DNA of 64,000 nucleotides from an uncultured Christensenella sp. (GTDB lineage: Bacteria; Bacillota; Clostridia; Christensenellales; UBA3700), in NCBI GenBank assembly GCA_910583995.1, contig CAJTYW010000006.1, positions 17,989-81,988 on the forward strand, in the 5' to 3' direction. Positions 19,688 through 30,400 of this stretch are shown piece by piece (position 1 is the stretch's first letter; the number at the start of each line of letters is the position of its first letter). A program made the position numbers and the translations under genes. Under the pieces are notes generated by a model. It searched no databases and had not been told where the DNA came from. It saw only the letters and a list, made by a program, of their open reading frames with translations.

Positions 19688-21657
19688 TAGTGTTTTTTCT
19701 CCTTTTCAGCGTACTTTTCAAGTAAATCCTGCATTTTTTTATAACTTGCGTTGCCTTTTTCAAGCTCAATTGCCCAAGCGGCGTCAATACGTTCCCGACG
19801 CCTTCTTGCTTTCTCTTTACGAGCGACAAGTTGCTGAGGTGTCAGTTTGGCAAGTTTGGCTGTCTGCTTTTCTTCCGCTGCTTTTAATTTTGCAGTTTGC
19901 TTTTCTTCCGCCAAACGTTTCTTTTCGGCTTCTTTTGCATTCTTTTCGAAAATTTGTCTGATATGCTTTTCAAGTTCCTCTTCGTAGTTTAATCCCTTCT
20001 TTTCACATTTGGATTTTAATTCCGAACGGAAAATTTCCTCTGCTTCTTCATCTGCCAACTGCTGATCCATCTCCAGCTGTACTTCTGGTTCTACCCAGAC
20101 TTTACCGCTCTTTTCACAAGCCTCTTTTTGACGTTCGCGTATTATCTTTTGCTTTCTTTCCAACGTCTTTTCGACACCGACAAACGCCAACAATACCGCA
20201 CTCAGTATTCCCGTAATAACTTCAAGTCCTACAAACAAAAACGATATGGCGTTTACAGTGCTTCTGGGCTGTTGTATACCTACGGTAAACGTACCGTCAA
20301 TCGCCATTTTGTAAGAGCTTAAATCTAATTGAGAGAGCCAACCGTTTTGTTCAAGGATAGCTTTTGCCTCTCCCAAATCCGTTACGTTGAGCGGTGGTAT
20401 ATATCCGCTTGCATTCAGAGCCGCATTCAGAATGGCAAGTCCAACCCCCAACAATACGATTGTTATCGTAGAATAAATCGACATTGCCAAGCTATCGCTT
20501 CTGAATCCCGTCTTCCATTCCAAATGGTCAAATGAATCGGAAAATAGCGACATAAAGATATAAGCGCACGGCAGCCCACCGATATTCTTGATAAACTGTC
20601 CTATTAAAACCACAATCAAATTTGTAGGAACCATCCAACAAATCGCGCTACCGACGGCATAAAAAACAAATCCCGCAACAGTCACATTTTTCTTGCCGAA
20701 TTTTTTAGCAAGCGGCCATACGGCAAAGATACCGATACCCATTGGAATACCGCCGATTACGGAAATTAAGGTTTGCGTTATACCATCGTTATATGTACCT
20801 AAAACATAGTTACAATAATATATTAAAGCACTGTTTTTCAAAGTTCCACCCAATGTATAAATCAAGCTATACACTAAAAGCAAAACAATATATTTATCTG
20901 AAAACACAGCTTTTATTTGCATTTTATAAGGAATTTTAATGGTTTCTACTTTTCCTAATTCTTCAGTAACTCTCTCTTTTGTAAAGTAATACTCCAACAG
21001 CATAACAGGCAACATAATGATACATAAAACCGACATTACGCTTATCCACAATGTTTGGCTGGATCCTATCATCGGTAAAATTACCATAGGGAAAATTAAT
21101 GCCGCTATTATGCCCGTAACCATAATCGTAGCCACTTGATTGAAAACTGCCAAAACACCCCTCTGTGACGAGTTACGGGTAGAAAGAGGAACCATCATAT
21201 TGTGGCTCATATTATAAATCGTATAGGCAAATGAAAAGAAAAGATTATACGAAATTATTACCCATACAGCTTTCCAGCTTATTGACATATTAGGCACGAG
21301 ATAAAGCAACATACCCGTAATTGGAACTAAAAATGCGGATAACAACAAATACGGACGGGCTTTCCCCTGTTTATTTTTTGTCCGATCGATAATCCAACCC
21401 ATAATAAAATTAGTTATGGCGTCTAAAATTTTAGAAAAAATAGGAAACACTATAAGGAATGCTCCACCCCACAAACCGCCGAGTTTCAAAACGTCAGTCC
21501 AATACTGATTTAGAAACGAGCCCCCTAAAACAGCATTTATTAACAATGCACCGCACGGACCGAGTAAATAGCCAAGCCATTTTTCTTTCCCCGTTATGTT
21601 TCTTGAGCGTATGCGACTGTCAAAGATACGACCATTCAACATTTTACCTGTTGTCAT
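19687..21657 (-). CDS. GPH/MFS glycoside:cation symporter with a ~170-aa charged C-terminal extension
   Basis: 656 aa, with about 12 hydrophobic segments in the first ~485 aa followed by a Lys/Glu-rich tail. A TAATG overlap joins it to the downstream GH3 gene. Confidence 0.8.
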   Translation of the reverse strand: MTTGKMLNGRIFDSRIRSRNITGKEKWLGYLLGPCGALLINAVLGGSFLNQYWTDVLKLGGLWGGAFLIVFPIFSKILDAITNFIMGWIIDRTKNKQGKARPYLLLSAFLVPITGMLLYLVPNMSISWKAVWVIISYNLFFSFAYTIYNMSHNMMVPLSTRNSSQRGVLAVFNQVATIMVTGIIAALIFPMVILPMIGSSQTLWISVMSVLCIIMLPVMLLEYYFTKERVTEELGKVETIKIPYKMQIKAVFSDKYIVLLLVYSLIYTLGGTLKNSALIYYCNYVLGTYNDGITQTLISVIGGIPMGIGIFAVWPLAKKFGKKNVTVAGFVFYAVGSAICWMVPTNLIVVLIGQFIKNIGGLPCAYIFMSLFSDSFDHLEWKTGFRSDSLAMSIYSTITIVLLGVGLAILNAALNASGYIPPLNVTDLGEAKAILEQNGWLSQLDLSSYKMAIDGTFTVGIQQPRSTVNAISFLFVGLEVITGILSAVLLAFVGVEKTLERKQKIIRERQKEACEKSGKVWVEPEVQLEMDQQLADEEAEEIFRSELKSKCEKKGLNYEEELEKHIRQIFEKNAKEAEKKRLAEEKQTAKLKAAEEKQTAKLAKLTPQQLVARKEKARRRRERIDAAWAIELEKGNASYKKMQDLLEKYAEKEKKH

Positions 21658-24096
21658 TTATTTTTCCTCCTTTTCTTTTGGCAATTTCGGAACTTTTATT
21701 TTTGTGCAAAAGCACTTGATTCCTTTGAATAAATGTCCGTTTGCCATATTAACAAACCCTTGTGCAAAGTTATACGGACAATTTGTACCCGCAGACATCG
21801 ACATTGTAATAATCGAGTTGCTTTCGAGTATTCTTTTTAAGAACATTGCGCCTTTTATCTTGTTATCTCGCTCCGCTCCTTCGGGTAGTTTTTTCGCCTT
21901 TTTCATATCCTTTTTCGCTACGGACAACACGGCGTTATAAAGGATCTTACCCATAAACGTCGCTCGCATATCCGTAAAACGACTTTCAAGCCTGATAGGT
22001 TTTTTCGGTGGAATTGCGGGAATTTTCAATCCCGACATTTTCTCAAATAGTGATTCGCTCATTGTATCGAAAGTCGCCGCGCCATATACTGTATTGATTT
22101 CTTCCGAATACGGCATAACCGCATTATCTCCGTCAAGTGTTACCGTCTGACTCAATCTCATGGTTTGGCAGTCGGAACAGAGCTGCAATTCATATTCGCC
22201 GCCTTCCGTTGCCCATCGGTTTTCTTTTACATTCCAATAACGCAAATCGTCTTTCTTTACCGTAATCGCTACTTTTTTGCTTTCGCCTGCTTTCAGATAA
22301 ACTTTCGTAAAGCCTTTCAGTTCCTTTAACGGCTTGAACACTCCTTGCGGTGCTTTGACATATAGCTGCACGATTTCCGCGCCATCATATTTTCCGTTAT
22401 TGACAACCTCGCACGACACTTTGTATTCTTCGTTGTTTTCTTCGATTTGCATATCCCAATAATCAAAAGTTGTATATGACAGCCCGTATCCAAAAGGATA
22501 GCGCACTTCTTTGTTCGCTGTCAGATAATAACGATAACCAACAAATAAGCTCTCTTTATAAATTTCGTTTACAGTCTTTGAAAAATCATTTCCGAACGGC
22601 ACGTCTGCATAGCTCTTTACCCAAGTTTCGGCGAGTTTACCGCAAGGCGATTTTACACCGAACAACAAATTATAAGTTGCCGTTCCACCGTTTTGCCCCG
22701 GCAAATACATATTGAGTATTGCGTTTACACGATCCGCAAACGGCAATTCCATAGGCGAACCACTGTATAATATAACCGTTATCTTTTTGCCCGCTTTGAT
22801 AAGTGCATCAATTAACGCAAGTTGGTTTGCGGGCAACTGCATATTTTCTCTGTCGCCACCCTCACTCTCAACGTAATCGGTCAACCCTGCAAAAACAAGA
22901 ACTTTATCATATCCCTTTGCTTTTGCCACAGCTTCCACTATAAGTTTATCATCCGCTTCGAGCTTGTTTTCTGCATATCCACGGCAAAATTCATAAGCGA
23001 CTTTATGTTCGTCAAATGCAATTTTAGGCGTAGAAAGGAATGTTGGATTTATCATCGAACTACCTGCGCCTTGATAGCGCATCTTATCGAACAAATCTCC
23101 GACAACAAGAACTCTCTCGCTTTTATCAAGCGGCAATACACCGTCGTTCTTTAACAGCACCGCGCAATCTTCCGCAATCTCGGCGGCAAGAGCATTGTGC
23201 GCTTCCCAATCGACATCAATACCTTTTTGATTATTTTCGTAACGCCGAACAAGGCGCAGGATATTTTCCACCGCCTTATCTAAATCTTCCATTTTAAGCG
23301 TTCCGTTCTCTGCTGCATCTATTATCAATTTGCGACAAATTGCCGTATCTCCTGGCATTTCCAAATCAAGACCTGCCGATACACCTTTCACTCTATCGTG
23401 CGTTGCGCCCCAATCGGACATAACCACACCGTCAAAACCCCACTCATTGCGAAGTACGTCTGTAAGCAACCATTTATTTTCACAACAATATTCGCCGTTA
23501 ATTTTATTGTAAGCGCACATCATTGTGTGCGGTTTGCTTTCCTTAACAATAATTTCAAAGACTTTAAGATAGATTTCGCGAATGGCTCTCATATCGCATA
23601 CGGAATCGCCCATAAAGCGGAAATTCTCGGCATTGTTAAGCGCAAAGTGCTTTACCGAAACGCCACAACCTTTCGACTGAACGCCGTTTACTTCTGCCGC
23701 TCCCATTCTACCTGCAAGCAAGGGATCTTCCGAAAAATATTCAAAGTTTCTTCCGCATAATGGATTACGCTTAATACAAGCGCCCGGACCGAGCAAAATG
23801 TCTATTCCGTAATGCAACATTTCCTCGGCAATCGCTTCGCCCATTTTGTATGTATTGTCGGGATTCCAACTCGACGCCGTGCTTACTGCCGTAGGAAAGC
23901 AAGTTGCAGGTTCGCTGCCCGCAACTCCGTTATCTCCGCCCTCTTTTTGTACGCGAAGTCCGTGCGGACCGTCTGACATTCTTGCAGACGGAATACCAAG
24001 CCTCGGCACGGGATTAGTGAACATAAAGTCCACACCTGCTAAAAGTGCCGCTTTTTCTTCTATTGTTAAATTTTCCAATAAACTATGAATATCCAT
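21658..24096 (-). CDS. GH3 beta-glucosidase (canonical domain order)
   Basis: 812 aa with MSDGPHGLRV, KHFALNNAE, nucleophile context VVMSDWGA, then the sandwich domain and Fn3-like EIVQLYVKAP. Confidence 0.9.
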   Translation of the reverse strand: MDIHSLLENLTIEEKAALLAGVDFMFTNPVPRLGIPSARMSDGPHGLRVQKEGGDNGVAGSEPATCFPTAVSTASSWNPDNTYKMGEAIAEEMLHYGIDILLGPGACIKRNPLCGRNFEYFSEDPLLAGRMGAAEVNGVQSKGCGVSVKHFALNNAENFRFMGDSVCDMRAIREIYLKVFEIIVKESKPHTMMCAYNKINGEYCCENKWLLTDVLRNEWGFDGVVMSDWGATHDRVKGVSAGLDLEMPGDTAICRKLIIDAAENGTLKMEDLDKAVENILRLVRRYENNQKGIDVDWEAHNALAAEIAEDCAVLLKNDGVLPLDKSERVLVVGDLFDKMRYQGAGSSMINPTFLSTPKIAFDEHKVAYEFCRGYAENKLEADDKLIVEAVAKAKGYDKVLVFAGLTDYVESEGGDRENMQLPANQLALIDALIKAGKKITVILYSGSPMELPFADRVNAILNMYLPGQNGGTATYNLLFGVKSPCGKLAETWVKSYADVPFGNDFSKTVNEIYKESLFVGYRYYLTANKEVRYPFGYGLSYTTFDYWDMQIEENNEEYKVSCEVVNNGKYDGAEIVQLYVKAPQGVFKPLKELKGFTKVYLKAGESKKVAITVKKDDLRYWNVKENRWATEGGEYELQLCSDCQTMRLSQTVTLDGDNAVMPYSEEINTVYGAATFDTMSESLFEKMSGLKIPAIPPKKPIRLESRFTDMRATFMGKILYNAVLSVAKKDMKKAKKLPEGAERDNKIKGAMFLKRILESNSIITMSMSAGTNCPYNFAQGFVNMANGHLFKGIKCFCTKIKVPKLPKEKEEK

Positions 24097-24209
24097 AATT
24101 TCGATACTCCTATTTCACTTACATATAAATTATAACAAATTTCGTGCTCTAATTTCTTGCATAATTGTTCTATTTCGGTTATAATTGTATTGTTTTTAAG
24201 GAGACCACA

Positions 24210-25418
24210 ATGGAAACAATTGATTTGAATTATCTTTGCACCGTAATTAGTAGCCTTTCAGGCGTACCAATAAGAGTATTTGAGAATAATAAGCAAACCT
24301 TTTATTATTCTATCGTTAATTTGCCCAAAGACCCTATTACACCCTATAAAACTAAAATTTTCGATATAGTAGACAATGTCGGATATTTTATAACTCCGAA
24401 TTTTAATTACTACGGAATAGTAAACTGTCCGCCACATAAAATTGTCATCGGACCAGCACGCCAAACAGAAAATAATGAACAGAACCTAAAAGAATTAGCA
24501 TTTAGATGCGACGTGCCTTCCGACGATATTGATGATTTTGTTTCTGGAATGAAAAGTATTGTCAAAATGCCGTTAAATAGCATAATGCAAATACTTTGTA
24601 CCATAAATTACGTACTTAACAAAGAAAAATTGTCGTTAGAAGATATAATGATTTATGATGATGAACAGCAAAATATAAAAGAGATACTTGAATCTGATCG
24701 AGCAAACCAAAACTTTAATTCAGATCTTGCCGAAATTCAATCACAACAAGCAACACATAACACCCTCGCGCTTGAACAGACATTGGTAAATATAGTCCGT
24801 AAAGGCGATACGGCCGCACTCCGAGAATGGATTGCAAACGCCCCCGCGGTACGTGGCGGCACTCTCGCATCAGAGCAAATGCGACAAATGAAAAATATGT
24901 TTATAGTTACCGCTACACTTGTTTCCCGTGCAGCCATTCGTGGGGGTATGGACATAGAAGATGCTCTTTCTCTCTCCGACGCTTATATTCAAAAATGCGA
25001 ACTTGTATATAGCGTTGATCGCATTACAAATTTGCAATACCATATGGTTCTCGACTATACAGAGCGCGTTGAAAAATTAAGGCTTGGCAAGTCCCCATCA
25101 AAACTTGTTACGGATATAAGCAATTACGTTCAACACCATCTATCCGAACCCGTTGATATTGAGACTCTTGCAAAGGCAATGTATTTAAGCAGAACCAGAC
25201 TGTCGGTAAAATTCAAAGAAGAAACAGGCATGACACTTACCGATTTCATCCTAAAAGAAAAAACCGAAGAAGCAAAACGTCTTCTTCGGTATACCGATAA
25301 AACCTTACCCGCCATCAGTGCTTATTTAGGATTTTCATCCCAAAGTCATTTTTCAAGAGCTTTTCGCAAATATGCGGAATTTTCTCCTAGTGAGTACAGA
25401 AAAAAATATAATTCTTAA
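24210..25418 (+). CDS. AraC family transcriptional regulator
   Basis: C-terminal AraC HTH (ISAYLGFSSQSHFSRAFRKYAEFSPSEYRK). The start is placed at ATG 24210, preceded by AAGGAG, rather than the alternative-codon start at 24165. It is divergent from the GH operon. Confidence 0.85.
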   Translation: METIDLNYLCTVISSLSGVPIRVFENNKQTFYYSIVNLPKDPITPYKTKIFDIVDNVGYFITPNFNYYGIVNCPPHKIVIGPARQTENNEQNLKELAFRCDVPSDDIDDFVSGMKSIVKMPLNSIMQILCTINYVLNKEKLSLEDIMIYDDEQQNIKEILESDRANQNFNSDLAEIQSQQATHNTLALEQTLVNIVRKGDTAALREWIANAPAVRGGTLASEQMRQMKNMFIVTATLVSRAAIRGGMDIEDALSLSDAYIQKCELVYSVDRITNLQYHMVLDYTERVEKLRLGKSPSKLVTDISNYVQHHLSEPVDIETLAKAMYLSRTRLSVKFKEETGMTLTDFILKEKTEEAKRLLRYTDKTLPAISAYLGFSSQSHFSRAFRKYAEFSPSEYRKKYNS

Positions 25419-25503
25419 TTTTTGAGGTTCACCCCCTGTGTCTGTCTGCTACCCTTTTCGGCATTTTACTACGCTACTTATCATTCATTAGTGAAAAAAA
25501 TAA

Positions 25504-25539
25504 TGTCGTATTTTGTCGAAAGATGAAATACGGCATTTT
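25504..25539 (+). terminator. intrinsic terminator of the AraC gene
   Basis: TGTCGTATTT (25504-25513) pairs with AAATACGGCA (25526-25535), with one G-U pair, followed by TTTT. Confidence 0.45.
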
Positions 25540-25688
25540 AATACTTACAAACGTCGTATTTAAGCTAACAGAATGCATATTAATGGAAATGTCACAACGG
25601 CATATTTTTCGCAATGTTTCCCCAAACTATTATTCTTAATAGTCTTTTGCGTAAGTTAAAACTTAAATCTGTCCCACTATACCGAAGC

Positions 25689-25740
25689 ATAAAAAATAAG
25701 CACTCACTCTCCGTTAAGGATTGTAAGTGCTTATTTTGTT
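25689..25740 (-). terminator. orphan minus-strand intrinsic terminator (ancestral rlmD terminator)
   Basis: A perfect 10-bp stem, AATAAGCACT (25695-25704) with AGTGCTTATT (25726-25735), is followed on the minus strand by a T6 run. No intact gene lies upstream of it. It sits 46 nt downstream of the rlmD tail remnant. Confidence 0.55.
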
Positions 25741-25781
25741 GATTATCGCCTCTATTCTGCCTCCCAAAGTCATTACTTTGA

Positions 25782-25818
25782 CTATTTTTGTTTAAGACAA
25801 ACTAGAGTTTCGACATGG
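25782..25818 (-). pseudogene. displaced 3' tail of a RumA/RlmD-type methyltransferase gene
   Basis: The minus strand reads CAT GTC GAA ACT CTA GTT TGT CTT AAA CAA AAA TAG = HVETLVCLKQK*. The intact gene at 45740 ends HIETLVCLDRKEKK*. No homology is seen further upstream. Confidence 0.5.
25795..25818. repeat. left copy of the 24-nt direct repeat bracketing the defence island
   Basis: agacaaacTagagtttcgaCatgg here versus agacaaacCagagtttcgaTatgg at 45762-45785, 22 of 24 identical. Confidence 0.6.
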
Positions 25819-26223
25819 CATACTCCTGTTAAAGGTATAGAAAACGCACAAATTCATAATGTGTTACAATGAAAAGTCTAGCCAAAAAAATAAAATATCA
25901 AGCCTTTACAATTCCTTTCAATTCAATGAATTGCTGTTGAAAATATTCTTAATAATATTTAGACTTTCTTCGCAAATGGTCGTTCCAAAGGGTTTCTTTC
26001 TATTCACGCCCAATTTTGATTCATAAAAGTCATCTACAATTTTTATTTTCTAACATTTCCAAAAACATAATCAATTAAAAACTCTACTTTGTCCATCTGG
26101 CATGCTATTTACATAATCTTTTTTAATGTATTATTATTAACTGTTGCTAGCGCATATATTTTGTTATTATTTTTATTTTTTCAGGTGTTGCACCTGATAG
26201 TATACTTTATCTTATTGGATAAT

Positions 26224-27420
26224 TTAATTGAAATCAATTAAATTATCCATATCATATATTGCTTCTTGTTCTAATTTACAATTATTCTCTAACATAAAAT
26301 CAATTAAAACTCCATGTTCTACAAACTTTTCTTTTAACCGTTTTAAATTGATTTGATCATTATTAGATAATTTGGACCAATAATTTTTATGGGTAAGCAT
26401 TGTTTCAATATCCATATTGTACATTTGAAAAGGCATCTCTGATTTCGCTTTTAAATTATTATAAATATTTATTCCACCATAATCAATATCTCCATAATGA
26501 AAATATTTTAGATGATTATTCCCAGCGTAGATTTTTTGTAAAAATATATTTTTATCATTATTATGATACCCTGCCAAATATACAATTGTTGCATTTGTTT
26601 TATTAAAACTTAAATATTTTGTATAATTTTCAATCGTAAATAATTCATCATCATGCACAATTATTTTATCCAATTTATTTATATCTTTTGCACAAATACC
26701 TATTCCATATTGGAAATCAGCTATGTTTATTTTACTTCCATTACAAAATACTACTTCAACATTTCCTTTTAAATTAATAAATGTCGGTGTTTTAACAATA
26801 TTATAATAAGAACATAGATCCTCAAAATTCTCAAATATTATTTCTCCAAAACGATTGAATAATGTTAAAAACACACTGCCAAGTTTTTCAAAAGTTTTAG
26901 AATCATTAAATACTTTTTTACTGAAATTCCTGAGCAATATTTCATCTTTTTCTCTACATATCTCATTGATAGCGTTAATATTTCGTTCAATCTCATTCTC
27001 ATGAATATAAGAAAATTTCTTTGCTAAATCAATGTTAAACTCTAAGTATTTCTGCGCTATCATACAATTTTCACATCGCTCCAAATCTTGCAAAAAACTC
27101 AAATGTTTTCCAAGTGCAATTTCAGGCAATTCTTTACCCAAATACTCATAGATTTCATTAATTTTGTCATAATTAAGTTCAACTTCAAGCAATTCAGCAC
27201 AATTTCGCTTACAAAACACAAAACCTAAATTTTCAATTTCTTTTACTGATTCTTCTATTTCTGGTCTTATATCAAAAGCATTATCGCAATGATATTTGGC
27301 GAACACTTTACTTTTGTCTGTATTAAGTGCGATTTTTCTTCTTTTTGATGCTGTTCCGTTTTTTAGAGAATTTTCATACTTTTTTAACAAACTATTCAGT
27401 AATTCAACATTAAAATTCAT
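26224..27420 (-). CDS. jetD: Wadjet JetD (DUF3322 + Toprim-like DUF2220 nuclease subunit)
   Basis: 398 aa with the Toprim-type glutamate context LFTIENYTKY and DxD context HYGDIDYGGINIYN. It lies 2 nt after jetC. Confidence 0.8.
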   Translation of the reverse strand: MNFNVELLNSLLKKYENSLKNGTASKRRKIALNTDKSKVFAKYHCDNAFDIRPEIEESVKEIENLGFVFCKRNCAELLEVELNYDKINEIYEYLGKELPEIALGKHLSFLQDLERCENCMIAQKYLEFNIDLAKKFSYIHENEIERNINAINEICREKDEILLRNFSKKVFNDSKTFEKLGSVFLTLFNRFGEIIFENFEDLCSYYNIVKTPTFINLKGNVEVVFCNGSKINIADFQYGIGICAKDINKLDKIIVHDDELFTIENYTKYLSFNKTNATIVYLAGYHNNDKNIFLQKIYAGNNHLKYFHYGDIDYGGINIYNNLKAKSEMPFQMYNMDIETMLTHKNYWSKLSNNDQINLKRLKEKFVEHGVLIDFMLENNCKLEQEAIYDMDNLIDFN

Positions 27421-27422
27421 AA

Positions 27423-30400
27423 TTATTCCTTCACTTGTGCTCTAATTTTCATAACATTATTGTCTTTTACCACAACAATTTTTGTATCAATACTCAAAAA
27501 TATGTCTTTTGCCTTTGTATCTGGAACAGCTATCATCACTTGTATTTGCAATCTATTAAAATACTCTATCATAGATTTAACTCTTGGAGCATCCATCTTG
27601 TCAAATGCTTCATCCAAAAATACCAAACAAGCAGAAGATTTGGTTCTACCACGATTTTCATAAGATGAAATTTGATTGAACGCTGCAGCTATAATAACAT
27701 AAAACGGATTTTGATTTTCTCCTCCACTTTTACCTCCAACGACATCATTGTAAGAAAATCTATTGCCATTTTTATCAGTAATTTCTATATCATAACTCAA
27801 AAAATTTCTATAATCAGTAAATTTTCTCAACATTTTTTCTTCTTTTTCCGAGTTATCGTCTCTTGTCAAATCAGTAAACAAATCATCTAACAATTCTTTA
27901 TTTTTAGCACTTAATCCTTCATCCAACAATGATTTACATTCATAATTTTCATCGCTTATAAAAATATCATAATATGGTGCAAACTCTTTAATTTTGCTTT
28001 TTTCAACAATTATCTTATATCTTTCTTCTGTTTCACCAAAAGGTTGCAATTTTAACACTTTGTTTAACTGCTCGATATTTTTTCTTTCTTGAAGGATATT
28101 TTTTCTTATAGATATTATGTATTTTTCTTGGAAATCATTTTTGGCTTGGCTCAAAACTTCTATCGCTTTATTTTCATATTTTGGCAAATCATACGAACAA
28201 ATTTTGTTATATTCTTGCAAGTACCCATTGATGTTTTCAATGCAAACCATTTGTTCAAAATTGTATAATGTTTTATACTCCTGCATAGCTGATAAAACAT
28301 TTTTTTCGTTATTATTCATTTTATTTTCAAGACTCTTAATCTCGCTTTTTATATCGCCAACTTTAGCATATTGTTGCGCAAAACTATCAAATCCAATCAT
28401 TATTGAATCATCTTTAATCAAATTTGCATATTTTTGTTCTTCTTCAACAATTTTTTCTCCTATATCTTTACTTCGCAATTCAGCTGTGTTTTGTTTTTTC
28501 TGAATATCTTCAATTAACTTACTATAAGATTTTTTGCTATCAAAACACTCTTTTAGTTCTTTTTCATAATCCTCTTTCTTTTCAATTTTTTCAGCCAAAT
28601 CATGAGTATCCAATGCGTTGAAATCATCAATCAATTTCTCACAAATAAGACTAGTATCATCATACTCTTGCCAATGATTTGAATTCATCAATAGCCTTTG
28701 GCAATTGCTTTTACTTTTAAGATTGATTTTAGCTTGAATTTGAAACAATTGTTCACTGTACTCAGATCGTAATAGATTTTTATTTTTTATTTCTGCTTTA
28801 ACCTGTTCCAATTGTATTAAAATAGATTGCGAACCAATATATGGTGTCTCCCAAACAGCTGATTTTGTCTGCCTAGCCGCCTTATTTTTGTACACCATAA
28901 CTGTTTTTGTTATTGCGGATTCATAATTTTTTAATTCATTTTCATTTGCTACACAAATTACTCTACCAAGCAAATAATTTGCATATTTAGCTGCCCTATT
29001 GTCGCTTGGTTGTAATTTTTGTGCAAGTGAATTTTTGTCAGGCACAATATCTACAATCTTTTTAGTGTTAACAAGGCCTACACCATATATTTTCTTCTCT
29101 TTTTTAAATTTTTCATAAGCATTTAATGCAATATCATAATATTCTTCTGGCACAAAAATATCAAATCTTTTTGTATTCAAATATCCTTCTATAGCATTAC
29201 GCCATTCCTCCTCGCCTTGTTTAATTTCTAGCAGATTGCAAAATGGTATTGGTGTAATTTTTACACCTGTTTTTTTATAAATTTCCTGTGAAATAACTTC
29301 AATCAAATTTGTTACAGATGGCTTAAAAACTGGAGCGCCTTGCTCTAATGCTCGTTGTTTCTTCATCAATTCATCTAAATCTTCTTCAACAGCAACTTTT
29401 AAATTGTTCAAATTATTTTTTTCAATTCCAAGCTCATCAAATTTTTGTTCTAATGCTTTTGAATACTCTTGCAATTTTGGCTGAAATTTGTTAAAATCAT
29501 CTCCGTTGTCAAATCTTATATATGCCAATTTGATTTCCAATAATTTTGCGAGTTCTAGCTCATTATCAATATCTTTTTGATATTGCCTTATGCTCTCTTT
29601 TATGGTTTTTAACTTTTCTTCATTTTCTTTAATTTTGTCAGCTAAATATTTGTATTCAGTCATTTGAACATCAGAATTCATTTGAAACAGTATATCTTTA
29701 ATCTCATCAATACGTTTTTCCAAATACTCTTCTTCTTTCTTTTTACTTTCAACTTCCGTTTTTAGACGATAAAATTCACGCGTATATTTTTCTTGTTCTA
29801 TTTTTCTTTTTTCAATTGTTTTTTGGCACTCCAAAACTTGCAATTTGCGCACTATGTCCTGACACTTGTAATACTCGTTCGCATTGTCATTAACTTTTTT
29901 AAGGATCGCGAGTTTCTTTTTAGAATCCTTAATATTTGTAACATAATGTCTATATTCCCTAATTGTATCTCTAATGCTATCCAAATTAATATTTTTTTCT
30001 GGCAACAAAAAATCAAATATCAATTGGTCAAGTGAATAATCAGCCTTGAATGCAATAGCTTTAGGCAAAAGTTCTAAATACTTATCATTTTCAAGCCCTA
30101 ACTTAATTCCTATACTATTTCTTATTTCACTCAATTTACCAGTAAACTTACGAATATCCATTTTTCTATCCGTGCAAAATTTATCCAATTGTTTATAATT
30201 TTTAATACTATTAGTATTTTCATCAAAAAACAAGCCATTTTCCATGTTTTGCTGGTCAATGCAATAAAAATGTTGGCTAGCTTTAGGATCATTTTCATAA
30301 AGTTCAAATACACACCCCAATAAAAATGGTTTTAGCGTGTACTCATCAAAAAACTCAAGCTGAATATGCGAAATAATATTTGTATCAGGTCTCAAACAAT

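Larger units (their letters stand above)
9290..25440. other. compositionally distinct (higher G+C) block: rhamnoside utilisation locus
   Basis: By eye, sequence lines in this interval are much richer in G/C than the flanks. All genes relate to rhamnose or glycoside catabolism. Confidence 0.55.

Noticed and set aside
26181-26197. Hairpin TCAGGTG-TTG-CACCTGA just downstream of jetD as the island's terminator.
   Set aside because: On the minus (coding) strand it is followed by an A-run, not a U-tract. On the plus strand the T-run precedes it. It therefore fits no canonical intrinsic terminator in either direction.
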